Shown here one piece after another: positions 1-7,505 of a stretch of 13,814 nucleotides of DNA (its first letter is position 1; every line of letters begins with the position of its first letter). Both the position numbers and the translations under genes were made by a program. This stretch comes from a virus (lineage: Duplodnaviria; Heunggongvirae; Uroviricota; Caudoviricetes), in the IMG/VR virus record IMGVR_UViG_2695420871_000010; one strand, given 5' to 3'. The notes under the pieces are model-generated. The model was not told the DNA's origin and made no database searches. It saw nothing but the letters and a program-made list of their open reading frames with translations.

Positions 1-11
1 CCCCACAGCCC

Positions 12-46
12 CGAAAAAGAGCCAGTCAGTTGCTTAACTGACTGGC
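12..46 (-). terminator. Intrinsic terminator downstream of cspD
   Basis: Inverted repeat gccagtcagtt (21-31) / aactgactggc (36-46) with 4-nt loop; on the minus strand it is followed by a T-run (plus-strand gaaaaaga at 12-20). Confidence 0.65.
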
Positions 47-104
47 ATTACAGCCGATCGGGCTGGCATTTTGCCTTTAGGATGTACACAATGAGACAGA
101 AGAG

Positions 105-329
105 CTATGCGACTGCCGCTTCTACTTCGACGGGCACAATAACACTGGCGTGATTGCCTTTTGGCCCCTGGTGGACATCAAACTGAACGGATTGTCCAGC
201 TTTTAGCGTTCTGTAACCATCCATCTGAATGGTGGAATAATGAGCGAAAATATCTTCGCCGCCGCCTTCAGGGCAGATGAAACCAAACCCTTTGGCATTG
301 TTGAACCACTTAACAGTACCCTTTTCCAT
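105..329 (-). CDS. cspD: Stationary-phase cold-shock-domain protein CspD (74 aa)
   Basis: Translation MEKGTVKWFNNAKGFGFICPEGGGEDIFAHYSTIQMDGYRTLKAGQSVQFDVHQGPKGNHASVIV... is a cold-shock domain recognised as CspD. Start moved to the internal Met (ATG at 329-327) with AAGGA RBS 8 nt upstream; the 84-aa track ORF has an N-terminal extension without RBS. TAG stop at 107-105. Confidence 0.9.
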   Translation of the reverse strand: MEKGTVKWFNNAKGFGFICPEGGGEDIFAHYSTIQMDGYRTLKAGQSVQFDVHQGPKGNHASVIVPVEVEAAVA

Positions 330-549
330 GCTTCGACATCCTTCGCAAATCTTATACAAGTAAGATGGAATAAACCGGGGTCAGAGAGGGGGCTGTTCAA
401 AACCTCGCCAACTCTAGAAATACAATTTAGAGAATTAGGGCGAGCCGTCAAGCATTTGACAGGGGCCAGGGGGCAGGTATGAATCAAAAATTTGAAGCAG
501 TTAACGCTATTGACAGGAATGTGACAGATGTCGCTGATGCCAACGATAG

Positions 550-567
550 ATGATAGTTATTTATCAT
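550..567. repeat. Left copy of 18-bp att core repeat (attL), atgatagttatttatcat
   Basis: 17/18 identical to atgatagttatctatcat at 10655-10672; the repeat is internally palindromic (atgata...tatcat). Removing the sequence between the copies leaves a cspD-clpS spacer of ~320 bp. Confidence 0.65.
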
Positions 568-570
568 CTA

Positions 571-680
571 GTGTTCGCGGGTGTTCGTGGTAGTGTTTTG
601 TGTGCATTCATCGCTATGATTATAAAGGAAAATTTTGTTTTCCTTGTTCGCTCTTGTTCGTCACGGTTTGCCCTTGTACG
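571..680. promoter_or_regulatory. Helically phased (G)TGTTCG repeats, candidate integrase arm-type / accessory-protein sites (left end)
   Basis: gtgttcg at 571-577 and 581-587, ttgttcg at 644-650 and 654-660, degenerate copies at 593-599 and 673-680; pairs are spaced exactly 10 bp. The same motif recurs at the right end (10527-10556). Confidence 0.5.
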
Positions 681-686
681 ATGCAC

Positions 687-722
687 GGTGTAGTCAATGG
701 TGTAGTCAATGGTGTAGTTAAT
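687..722. repeat. Three tandem 12-bp repeats GGTGTAGT(C/T)AAT just upstream of int
   Basis: ggtgtagtcaat x2 and ggtgtagttaat x1, contiguous; two further copies lie at the right end (10560-10583). Candidate arm-type recombinase binding sites. Confidence 0.55.
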
Positions 723-745
723 TTTGATGACCGGAAACGCGAAAC

Positions 746-1984
746 ATGAGCAGCGCAATTCATAGACTTAGCGACACTCTTTTACGAAAATTAAGCGGAT
801 CACCAACCACAAAAAACGCCTTTTTTAATGACGGTGGCAATCTTAGCGTAAGACATTCCACCAGCGGCCTGTTAACCTGGTATTTCACTTACAGGGCCGG
901 AACTGGCAGGCAGGTATCACCGGAACGCCTGAGACTGGGCAACTATCCCGATCTGAGCCTGAAAGCAGCCAGGGAAAAAGCGGCACAGTGTCGCGCCTGG
1001 CTGGCTGAGGGGAAAAATCCGCGCTATGAGCTTAATCGTGCTGTACAGGATGCGTTAGCCCCCGTGACAGTTAAGGAAGCGCTCACTTACTGGCTTGAAT
1101 CGTATGCAAAGGAAAAGCGCACTGACTACGAATCACTGAAAAGCCGGATCAATAAACACATAATCAGCCAGATTGGCGCTTTGCCGTTGGAAAAATGCGA
1201 GCTACGGCACTGGTTGGCATGTTTTGACCAGATGGCAAAGCGAAGCCCAGTATCTGCCGGATTTTTGCTACAGGTATGCAAACAGGCGCTTAAGTACTGC
1301 CGAAAACGACGATACGCAATCAGCAACGTTCTTGATGATATGGTTGTCGGTGATGTGGGAAAAAAAGCAGAAATAAGCGAGCGCGTACTAACAAACAAGG
1401 AGCTTGGGGAATTACTCCGCGCCCTGGATGAAAAAATTTACCCACCGTACTACAGCGCCCTGATTCGCCTCCTGATTGTCTTCGGATGCCGTGCCACTGA
1501 GCTAAGACGCTCTGAGGTCCAGGAATGGGATTTTAAAGAAATGCTCTGGACCGTGCCGAAAGAACACAGCAAAACGAAGGTAGCAATATTCAGGCCAATA
1601 CCGGAAGCGATCTTGCCGTTCGTAACGAAGCTGGTGGAGCAGAACAGGCACACGGGATTATTGCTCGGAGAACTGAAAGGGCAATCATCCGTATCAGAGT
1701 ACGGAAGAACGGCACACAGACGCATTAATCAAGCCCCCTGGACGTTGCACGACATCCGGCACACGTTTACAACGATGCTGAACGATTTAGGCGTGGATCC
1801 TCATGTAGTGGAGCAGCTAACCGCGCACCAGTTGCCAGGAGTGCAACGAGTCTATAATCACTCCCGTTATCTCGATGCAAAACGTGACGCTCTTAATCTA
1901 TGGGTTGAGCGTCTCGAGCTTCTCCAGAACAATGATGAAAAAATCGTTGTTATGACCCCGCGAATTTACTCCCAAAATTCTTGA
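746..1984 (+). CDS. int: Tyrosine site-specific integrase, P4-like (412 aa)
   Basis: C-terminal catalytic region with ...LHDIRHTFTTMLNDLG... and ...VQRVYNHSRY... (R/H-x-x-R and catalytic Tyr context); N-terminal arm-binding-type domain typical of P4/CP4-57-family integrases; sits next to attL. Confidence 0.9.
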   Translation: MSSAIHRLSDTLLRKLSGSPTTKNAFFNDGGNLSVRHSTSGLLTWYFTYRAGTGRQVSPERLRLGNYPDLSLKAAREKAAQCRAWLAEGKNPRYELNRAVQDALAPVTVKEALTYWLESYAKEKRTDYESLKSRINKHIISQIGALPLEKCELRHWLACFDQMAKRSPVSAGFLLQVCKQALKYCRKRRYAISNVLDDMVVGDVGKKAEISERVLTNKELGELLRALDEKIYPPYYSALIRLLIVFGCRATELRRSEVQEWDFKEMLWTVPKEHSKTKVAIFRPIPEAILPFVTKLVEQNRHTGLLLGELKGQSSVSEYGRTAHRRINQAPWTLHDIRHTFTTMLNDLGVDPHVVEQLTAHQLPGVQRVYNHSRYLDAKRDALNLWVERLELLQNNDEKIVVMTPRIYSQNS

Positions 1985-2028
1985 CAAATTACGGCTGTTT
2001 TTCTTGCGAAAAATGGCCCTCTAAAATA

Positions 2029-2059
2029 AATCGTCGAATATCGGCAAATATCGACGATT
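2029..2059. promoter_or_regulatory. Perfect 9-bp inverted repeat aatcgtcga-N13-tcgacgatt between int and alpA
   Basis: Arms at 2029-2037 and 2051-2059 are exact reverse complements. Could be an operator in the alpA promoter region or a weak terminator for int (no strong T-run follows). Confidence 0.4.
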
Positions 2060-2393
2060 TATATGTGTCAACTATCGAAAAAAATTGAAATGTCTTCTTC
2101 TGAGTTCTTATTCTCTGTTTCTTGATTATTCCAATACCTGATGGTTTATCTATTTGTTTTTAATGAGGTAATTCAGGTGTCATGCCAAATGGCGACATTT
2201 TTTGTTGCGTCGCTTAAAAACTCGTGACACGATTTTAAACACTAACGAGCTTCTACGAACCTTAGCGAACAAAGCCTTTAGCATGGTTGTGTTTTTAATT
2301 TAAGAGGTGAAAAAGAATCTAAGTAATATCCGATCTCATATATCTACAGCTAAGAGAAAAGTTTATATACGTAATTTTTATGTAGGTTTTTGT

Positions 2394-2603
2394 ATGCGTG
2401 AAATAAATGAAGATCGCGTAATCCGTGAGGATGAATGTCGTAAGTTAACTGGAGTGTGCCGCACTACACGTTACGAACTGGAGAAAAAAGGGCGCTTTCC
2501 GTCACGTCTTAATCTGGGCGGTCGTTCTGTAGGGTGGCTGCTGTCCGAGGTTATGGAATGGGTTAAAAGCCGGGATCGCATTAATTCAGGTAAGGCAGTG
2601 TAA
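2394..2603 (+). CDS. alpA: AlpA-family phage transcriptional regulator (69 aa from internal Met)
   Basis: …RVIREDECRKLTGVCRTTRYELEKKGRFPSRLNLGGRSVGWLLSEVMEWVKSR matches the AlpA/MerR-like HTH pattern. The track start at 2307 is a GTG embedded in an RBS-like taagagg with no spacer, so the in-frame ATG at 2394 is preferred; start is uncertain. Confidence 0.7.
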   Translation: MREINEDRVIREDECRKLTGVCRTTRYELEKKGRFPSRLNLGGRSVGWLLSEVMEWVKSRDRINSGKAV

Positions 2604-2948
2604 AGGGGAGCATATGACACATAAAACAAAGGCGACCTGGGGCGGTCGCCAGTTTGGAAACACTAAACATAAGCATGTCAATGATAGCCGCTATCAGGCT
2701 GGTGGGCAATGCTATCAGTCTGTTTCAGTGCGTTGCCATAACTGCGAAGCTCTCTCCTTTGATGAGTATTCTTTAAGGTACTTCTCAAGGGCAAAAGAAC
2801 ACGGCGCGAATCGTTCTGATTCATGCTCTTTCTTTCTGCGTCGTCTTTTTCGTGCAGGTGATGTTTTTTTGGTTGATTCTTCGTTGGTCATTGTGTGCGC
2901 CTGTAAAGCAATGCGCCGGAGTTCCTCACACCACGGCGCTGATAGTGA

Positions 2949-3254
2949 TTATTCTGATTCTTTGGCCTTGCGGCGCTGGAGTTCTTCGCGTGCAACGGTG
3001 ATAAGCTGCCCGATTTCCTCCGCTGCCTTGATGCCGATTTGTTCGACATTAGCTAGGGCATCCAGTGAAGACACAAGGGGATTTTCTCCACTTCCTTCTG
3101 CCTGGCGCCTGGCGATCTCACCGCGTACAGCCGTAACTATAAAATTCGCTTTAGTTTCCCCTGGCTGTAGGGATGCCTCAATGCCACTCACTACTTCATG
3201 TGGAAATCTGGCATTCAGTTGCTGTGACTTATTGTTAACAGAACTCCTGGACAT
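2949..3254 (-). CDS. Small ribbon-helix-helix-like DNA-binding protein, candidate island repressor (101 aa)
   Basis: Internal ATG at 3254-3252 is preceded by a strong RBS (GGGAGGTG, 6-nt spacer); the longer track ORF has no RBS. N-terminus …QQLNARFPHEVVSGIEASLQ… has a beta-strand then helix pattern like Arc/CopG. Divergent from the replication operon, with operator repeats in between. Confidence 0.5.
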   Translation of the reverse strand: MSRSSVNNKSQQLNARFPHEVVSGIEASLQPGETKANFIVTAVRGEIARRQAEGSGENPLVSSLDALANVEQIGIKAAEEIGQLITVAREELQRRKAKESE

Positions 3255-3287
3255 GTTTGCACCTCCCATTAATAACGGGATGCAGTG

Positions 3288-3343
3288 TAATACAAAAGTG
3301 AATACCAAAAAAGACTTGAAATGGTATTCACCTAAATGTAATG
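3288..3343. promoter_or_regulatory. Operator-like cluster: three copies of GTGAATACCA (direct, inverted, direct) in the divergent promoter region
   Basis: gtgaatacca at 3289-3298, its reverse complement tggtattcac at 3313-3322, and gtgaatacca at 3334-3343; located between the minus-strand RHH gene (start 3254) and the plus-strand operon (start 3455). Confidence 0.55.
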
Positions 3344-3454
3344 TGAATACCACAAGTGCTGATACATGCAATTCAGCAATTGAAACGACGAAGCCCCGCA
3401 AGTGTCGTTACCACTCGCAGGGCTTCTAACCAACAACGTAAACGAGGAGCCGTT

Positions 3455-3652
3455 ATGGTTGCCGTAAATCATATACCACACCTTGTACACACACAAACGG
3501 CCTTTGTGTGGCGTTTTCTGGCCCTGAGTGCCGGAGAATCTCAAATCATCCACGTAACCGCCTGGACGGAACGCGAAGCGCGTAACCGTTGCCCGTCAGG
3601 TTGTGTTGCTGTATTCGCCGCCCGTATTCGTCAGGAGGTGTGCCATGCCTGA
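3455..3652 (+). CDS. Small protein (65 aa), possibly Icd-like host cell-division inhibitor
   Basis: ATG at 3455 with GAGGAG RBS 5 nt upstream. Sequence …TAFVWRFLALSAGESQIIHVTAWTEREARNRC…VFAARIRQ is reminiscent, from memory only, of Icd-like proteins of P4-like islands. Overlaps the next gene start. Confidence 0.4.
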   Translation: MVAVNHIPHLVHTQTAFVWRFLALSAGESQIIHVTAWTEREARNRCPSGCVAVFAARIRQEVCHA

Positions 3653-3965
3653 CATGACCAATTACCAGTACCTGATTAATCCGCATTTTAACTGTGAGCA
3701 TGATATTGCTAAAAAGGTTTATTCCGCTGCGGATGGGGCTACTGACAATATATCAATGGCTGTTGCGTCAATTGGTAGCCTGATGTGGCATGCGTCAGAA
3801 AATGAGGAATATGACGAAAAGGCTATGCGCATTGACATGGGTAATATTGGCTTGTTACTGGCAATGCTTGGGCAGTTTGATATTTCGTTACGGTGCACCA
3901 TTGAAAATGCCACAGATGCATTAAATGCCATAGAGAAAGCGAATACTGATTCAAATCTGAGATAA
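3645..3965 (+). CDS. Hypothetical protein (106 aa)
   Basis: ATG at 3645 with AGGAGG RBS about 7 nt upstream; 8-nt overlap with the preceding gene suggests translational coupling. No family recognised. Confidence 0.5.
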   Translation: MPDMTNYQYLINPHFNCEHDIAKKVYSAADGATDNISMAVASIGSLMWHASENEEYDEKAMRIDMGNIGLLLAMLGQFDISLRCTIENATDALNAIEKANTDSNLR

Positions 3966-3971
3966 ATAATC

Positions 3972-4271
3972 ATGAGAACGTATTTATCTGGCTTGACTGC
4001 CAGCGGTTATGCACACCCCAAAATTATCCCCGGCGCTATTTATCTGGATAAGAACGGTAACAGAGTAACGGTAAAAGAACTGATGTTTGACCGTGTGTAT
4101 TTTATTCGTGATGGCTATTCATTTCATAGTTCGCTGAACGTGGAGATCTTTATTAGCAGATTCAGGCGGGAAATCCCGCTTTCCAGAAATAACCATGTGT
4201 CATGTATGGATGTTGATAAAAAACTACAGGAACTGAAAAACATGATTGCCGCGTGGAGAGAGCAGAAATGA
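3972..4271 (+). CDS. Hypothetical protein (99 aa)
   Basis: ORF in the operon; weak RBS. Its TGA stop (4269-4271) overlaps the ATG of the replication gene (4268-4270) as ATGA. Confidence 0.4.
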   Translation: MRTYLSGLTASGYAHPKIIPGAIYLDKNGNRVTVKELMFDRVYFIRDGYSFHSSLNVEIFISRFRREIPLSRNNHVSCMDVDKKLQELKNMIAAWREQK

Positions 4272-6058
4272 AAAAAGCGCCAAATTTAAAACACCAGCCG
4301 CGTGACAAAATGACGGAAGTCATCATTTTTGCGGGTAATGATGCGTGGGCACATGCGAAGCAGTGGCAGGAACAGGACGGGCGACTGGCTGGCGACAGCG
4401 TGCCTCCTGTCTGGCTTGGAGAACAACAACTTGCCGAACTGGATAAGCTGCAAATCGTACCGGACGGACGCTATCGGGTGCGTCTCTACCAGGCGGGGTT
4501 ATTGCGTCCGGGGCTTGTTAATACCATCGGGCAGAAACTGGCAGCGGCAGGTGTCAGGGATGCTGATTATTACCCTGAAGGAATGCACAGCCAGAAACGG
4601 GAGAACTGGCGCGAATATCTGGAACGTGAACGGGCAGAGCAGGCGGAAAAGAAAAAGGTAGTTGAACTGCCTGTAAAGAAAAAAGAGCGGGTAAAAGACG
4701 ATAACGCTTCATCACTGGCGCTTAACCAGATGGGAGCAAGTCAACGCGGCGAAGTTCTCCTGGCACATTATGGCGGTGAACTGGCGATTCATGCTGACTC
4801 TGACACTGTTCACCATTACAACGGCGTTGTATGGGAGCCAGTACAGGATAAAGAATTACAGCGAGCTATGGCACAGATTTTCATTGATGCGGAGATCAGC
4901 TATTCGCAGAACGCCATTAAATCGGCGGTCGATACCATGAAGTTAAGTTTGCCTGTAATGGGGAATACAGCCCGTAACCTGATTGGATTCAGTAACGGGG
5001 TATTTGATACCAGAACAGGTAATTTTCGGGAGCATAACAAAAACGACTGGTTGTTAATTGCCAGTGAATTACCTTTCAGCCCACCAGCAGAGGGGGAAAC
5101 GCTGGCAACACATGCGCCGAATTTCTGGAAGTGGTTACGCCGTTCGGTGGCTGAGAATGACCGCAAGGCGGATCGCGTACTGGCTGTATTATTCATGGTG
5201 CTGGCGAACCGGTACGACTGGCAGTTATTCATTGAGGTAACAGGTCCAGGGGGAAGTGGTAAAAGCGTGATGGCGGAGATTTGCACCATGCTGGCGGGTA
5301 AGGCCAACACAGTATCGGCAAGCATGAAGGCGCTGGAAGATGCAAGGGAACGCGCGTTAGTGGTTGGCTTTTCGCTGATTATCATGCCGGATATGACCCG
5401 CTACGCTGGTGATGGGGCAGGGATTAAGGCCATTACAGGCGGTGACAAGGTGGCAATTGACCCGAAACACAAAGCCCCCTACTCAACGCGTATTCCGGCA
5501 GTAGTGCTGGCGGTTAACAATAACGCCATGTCATTCAGTGACCGCAGCGGGGGGATCTCACGTCGTCGGGTGATATTCAATTTTTCGGAAGTTGTACCGG
5601 AGAACGAACGCGACCCCATGCTGGCAGAAAAAATAGAAGGAGAGCTGGCGGTTGTGATTCGCCACCTGCTTACTCGTTTTTCTGACCAGGACGAAGCTAA
5701 ACGCCTGCTGTATGAGCAGCAGAAATCAGAAGAAGCTCTGGTGATAAAACGCGAGGGCGATTCGCTGGTGGACTTCTGCGGCTATCTCATGTCGTCGGTA
5801 ATGTGTGATGGTCTGTTAGTGGGTAATGCCGAAATTATTCCGTTCAGTCCGCGCAGGTATCTTTATCACGCCTATCTGGCATATATGAGGGCACACGGAT
5901 TCGGTAAACCTGTAACACTGACGCGCTTCGGTAAAGATATGCCGGGGGCAATGGCGGAATATGGCAGGGAGTATATGAAACGGAAAACGAAGCACGGTTT
6001 GCGTTCAAATGTGACCCTGACAGAGGATTCAGAAGACTGGATGCCATCATGTGCATAG
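4268..6058 (+). CDS. Replication initiation protein, P4-alpha-like: D5_N-type domain plus SF3 helicase/NTPase (596 aa)
   Basis: Walker A GPGGSGKS followed by …VVGFSLIIMPDMTRYAGDGAGIKAITGGDKVAIDPKHKAPY… (P4-family primase/helicase C-terminal region). Start set at ATG 4268 (GGAGAG RBS, 6-nt spacer), not the track start 4253. Iterons lie immediately downstream. Confidence 0.85.
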   Translation: MKKAPNLKHQPRDKMTEVIIFAGNDAWAHAKQWQEQDGRLAGDSVPPVWLGEQQLAELDKLQIVPDGRYRVRLYQAGLLRPGLVNTIGQKLAAAGVRDADYYPEGMHSQKRENWREYLERERAEQAEKKKVVELPVKKKERVKDDNASSLALNQMGASQRGEVLLAHYGGELAIHADSDTVHHYNGVVWEPVQDKELQRAMAQIFIDAEISYSQNAIKSAVDTMKLSLPVMGNTARNLIGFSNGVFDTRTGNFREHNKNDWLLIASELPFSPPAEGETLATHAPNFWKWLRRSVAENDRKADRVLAVLFMVLANRYDWQLFIEVTGPGGSGKSVMAEICTMLAGKANTVSASMKALEDARERALVVGFSLIIMPDMTRYAGDGAGIKAITGGDKVAIDPKHKAPYSTRIPAVVLAVNNNAMSFSDRSGGISRRRVIFNFSEVVPENERDPMLAEKIEGELAVVIRHLLTRFSDQDEAKRLLYEQQKSEEALVIKREGDSLVDFCGYLMSSVMCDGLLVGNAEIIPFSPRRYLYHAYLAYMRAHGFGKPVTLTRFGKDMPGAMAEYGREYMKRKTKHGLRSNVTLTEDSEDWMPSCA

Positions 6059-6099
6059 GTCACAAATGACGATGGAAAAAATTAAACTTATGGAATAAC

Positions 6100-6327
6100 T
6101 GTTCACCACTGTTCACCCTGCAATAAATGTCTTTTATATCAGTATATTATAGGGTGAACAGTTATTTATGAACTGTTCACCAAACTATTCACTGTTCACC
6201 TTTTTGATTCTTTATTGAGCTTTAAGGGTGAACAGTGGTGAACAGTTGGTGAATAGTTTTTGTGAAACTGTTAACCCATTAACATCATGAATAAAAAGGG
6301 AAAATTGCAAAAGGTGAACAGGTGAAG
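6100..6327. repeat. Iteron cluster (TGTTCACC / GGTGAACA in both orientations), candidate replication origin (P4 ori/crr-like)
   Basis: TGTTCACC at 6100-6107, 6110-6117, 6174-6181, 6193-6200; GGTGAACA at 6153-6160, 6228-6235, 6238-6245, 6313-6320; degenerate copies (tattcac, ggtgaata, tgttaacc, ggtgaag) interspersed; AT-rich spacers. Confidence 0.65.
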
Positions 6328-6372
6328 GGTTAAAATGCAAAAATTTTATTTTATTGCTGTGAGGTAAAGCCT

Positions 6373-6618
6373 GTGACAACGAAGCACGCCAAAAAACCAC
6401 AATCTCACGCCCTTGATTTGACAGAACACTGGCTGAGGGTGGCGATAAAAATCATCGACCGCAACGCCGGGGAAGGATACGCGAAAGCACATCCCGAACT
6501 GATAAGCGCATTCATGACCACGACGGCGGCAAACTTTGCCACGCTGACAGAACGGGAGATTGCCGAAGCGGAACAGGTGACAACCATCAACGTTAAAACC
6601 GGAGAGCAGACAGCATGA
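6373..6618 (+). CDS. Hypothetical protein (81 aa), GTG start
   Basis: GTG at 6373 with GAGGT RBS 7 nt upstream; TGA stop overlaps the ATG of the next gene (ATGA at 6615-6618). No family recognised. Confidence 0.45.
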   Translation: MTTKHAKKPQSHALDLTEHWLRVAIKIIDRNAGEGYAKAHPELISAFMTTTAANFATLTEREIAEAEQVTTINVKTGEQTA

Positions 6619-7037
6619 CAGCACAGATAGCGGCTTACGGGCGGCTGGTGGCTGACCCGCAGTTAAAGACCACCAGCAAGGGTACGCAAATGACGATGGC
6701 GAGTATGGCGGTTCCCCTGCCGTGCAGCCAGGCAGATGACGGAACGGCGACGATATGGTTATCCGTCCTGGCGTTTGGCAGACAGGCTGACGCACTGGCA
6801 AAGCACCAGAAAGGCGAGCTGGTGAGCGTGGCGGGTAACATGCAGGTAAGCCAGTGGACAGGCCAGAACGGAGAAACGCGGCAGGGCTGGCAGGTTATCG
6901 CAGACAGTGTAATCAGTGCCAGAACGGCGCGACCGGGCGGTAAAAAAGGCCAACAGGGGCAGGCCACTGATGCACTGAACAGGGCCAAACAACAGGCGGG
7001 GAATGATGATCCGTACGGGGATAACATACCGTTTTAA
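6615..7037 (+). CDS. Single-stranded DNA-binding (SSB)-like OB-fold protein with SSB C-terminal tail (140 aa)
   Basis: OB-fold-like core (…GRLVADPQLKTTSKGTQMTMASMAV…WLSVLAFGRQADALAKHQKGELVSVAGNMQVSQWTGQNGETRQGWQVIAD…), a Gly/Gln-rich linker, and an acidic C-terminus …DDPYGDNIPF resembling the E. coli SSB tail (…DDDIPF). Confidence 0.7.
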   Translation: MTAQIAAYGRLVADPQLKTTSKGTQMTMASMAVPLPCSQADDGTATIWLSVLAFGRQADALAKHQKGELVSVAGNMQVSQWTGQNGETRQGWQVIADSVISARTARPGGKKGQQGQATDALNRAKQQAGNDDPYGDNIPF

Positions 7038-7052
7038 GCAACGAGTGACAGA

Positions 7053-7077
7053 AGCCGGAGCAATCCGGCTTTTTTGT
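7053..7077 (+). terminator. Intrinsic terminator after the SSB-like gene
   Basis: Stem agccgga (7054-7060) / tccggct (7065-7071), loop gcaa, then tttttt. Confidence 0.7.
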
Positions 7078-7083
7078 AGGTAC

Positions 7084-7170
7084 TCCTGGTGGGGGTGGCC
7101 TGTCCACGGGGCGGGCGGTTCGCGGAAAAAGGCGTATTTTTTGATTTTTATGTCACCATCACCACCAGTT
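7084..7170 (+). promoter_or_regulatory. Conserved element copy A (cos-like; candidate packaging site or late promoter)
   Basis: ctcctggtgggggtggcctgtccacggggcgggcggttcgcggaaaaaggcgtatttttt… is near-identical over ~60 bp to 9613-9695. Contains ACG-GGGCGGGCGGTT-CGCGG followed by an AT-rich GCGTATTTTTTGA segment, resembling the lambda cos junction (…ACG|GGGCGGCGACCT|CGCGGGTTTTCGCTATTTATGA…, recalled from memory). Confidence 0.45.
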
Positions 7171-7505
7171 TAAGTTATTGATATATGGCAAAATAAAAAT
7201 TTTTAGTGTCGAATTAGGTTGTTTTTTGTTCGAAGCCGGAACGTTCCCGAAAGCATTTACAAAAAACAGGCGCAAAAAAAAGCGCCCCGATGGTGCCACC
7301 GGAGGCGCTTTGTCAGCGACAAAGGATACTGCCACTACCGAAATGATGAGTCTTAATTGTGCTGGCGTGGCAATAATTAGTCAATTCTTTTGCTGGTATG
7401 ACAAAAATCAGAAAACACATAATCTGATTTTTAGATAGAAAATGATTTATTTACCAGTTTTATCGATCAATAATGATGCCCGTTAATCATAACGGAGGCA
7501 GACTT

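Noticed and set aside
203-487. Track ORFs 240-482 (+, 80 aa) and 203-487 (-, 94 aa) overlapping cspD
   Set aside because: They overlap the well-supported cspD gene in other frames or on the other strand, lack an RBS and have no recognisable domain.
2307-2393. N-terminal extension of the AlpA ORF from the track start (GTG at 2307)
   Set aside because: The GTG sits inside an RBS-like taagagg with no spacer, and the extension (MKKNLSNIRSHISTAKRKVYIRNFYVGFC) would make the protein much longer than typical AlpA; the internal ATG at 2394 is preferred, though the start remains uncertain.
3255-3401. Long form (150 aa) of the minus-strand RHH-like gene
   Set aside because: The upstream in-frame extension runs through the operator repeats, is hydrophobic and has no RBS; the internal ATG at 3254 has a near-consensus RBS.
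2614-3429. Track ORF of 271 aa on the plus strand
   Set aside because: Cys/Ser/Arg-rich low-complexity translation overlapping the minus-strand gene that has a strong RBS; only its first ~70 codons are kept as a low-interest possibility.
4329-6063. Track ORFs inside the replication gene (4329-4661 +, 4900-5385 -, 5058-5240 +, 5844-6056 -, 5872-6063 -)
   Set aside because: All are embedded in the replication gene in alternative frames or antisense and show no motifs.
6346-7107. Minus-strand and alternative-frame track ORFs across the 81-aa and SSB-like genes (6346-6801, 6405-6590, 6635-7027, 6759-6992, 6913-7107)
   Set aside because: They are antisense to a translationally coupled gene pair with good start signals, and their translations are Cys/Pro/Trp-rich.
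7178-7438. Track ORF of 86 aa in the leader upstream of the capsid module
   Set aside because: No RBS, a lysine/arginine run produced by an A-tract, and it spans hairpin-rich non-coding sequence.
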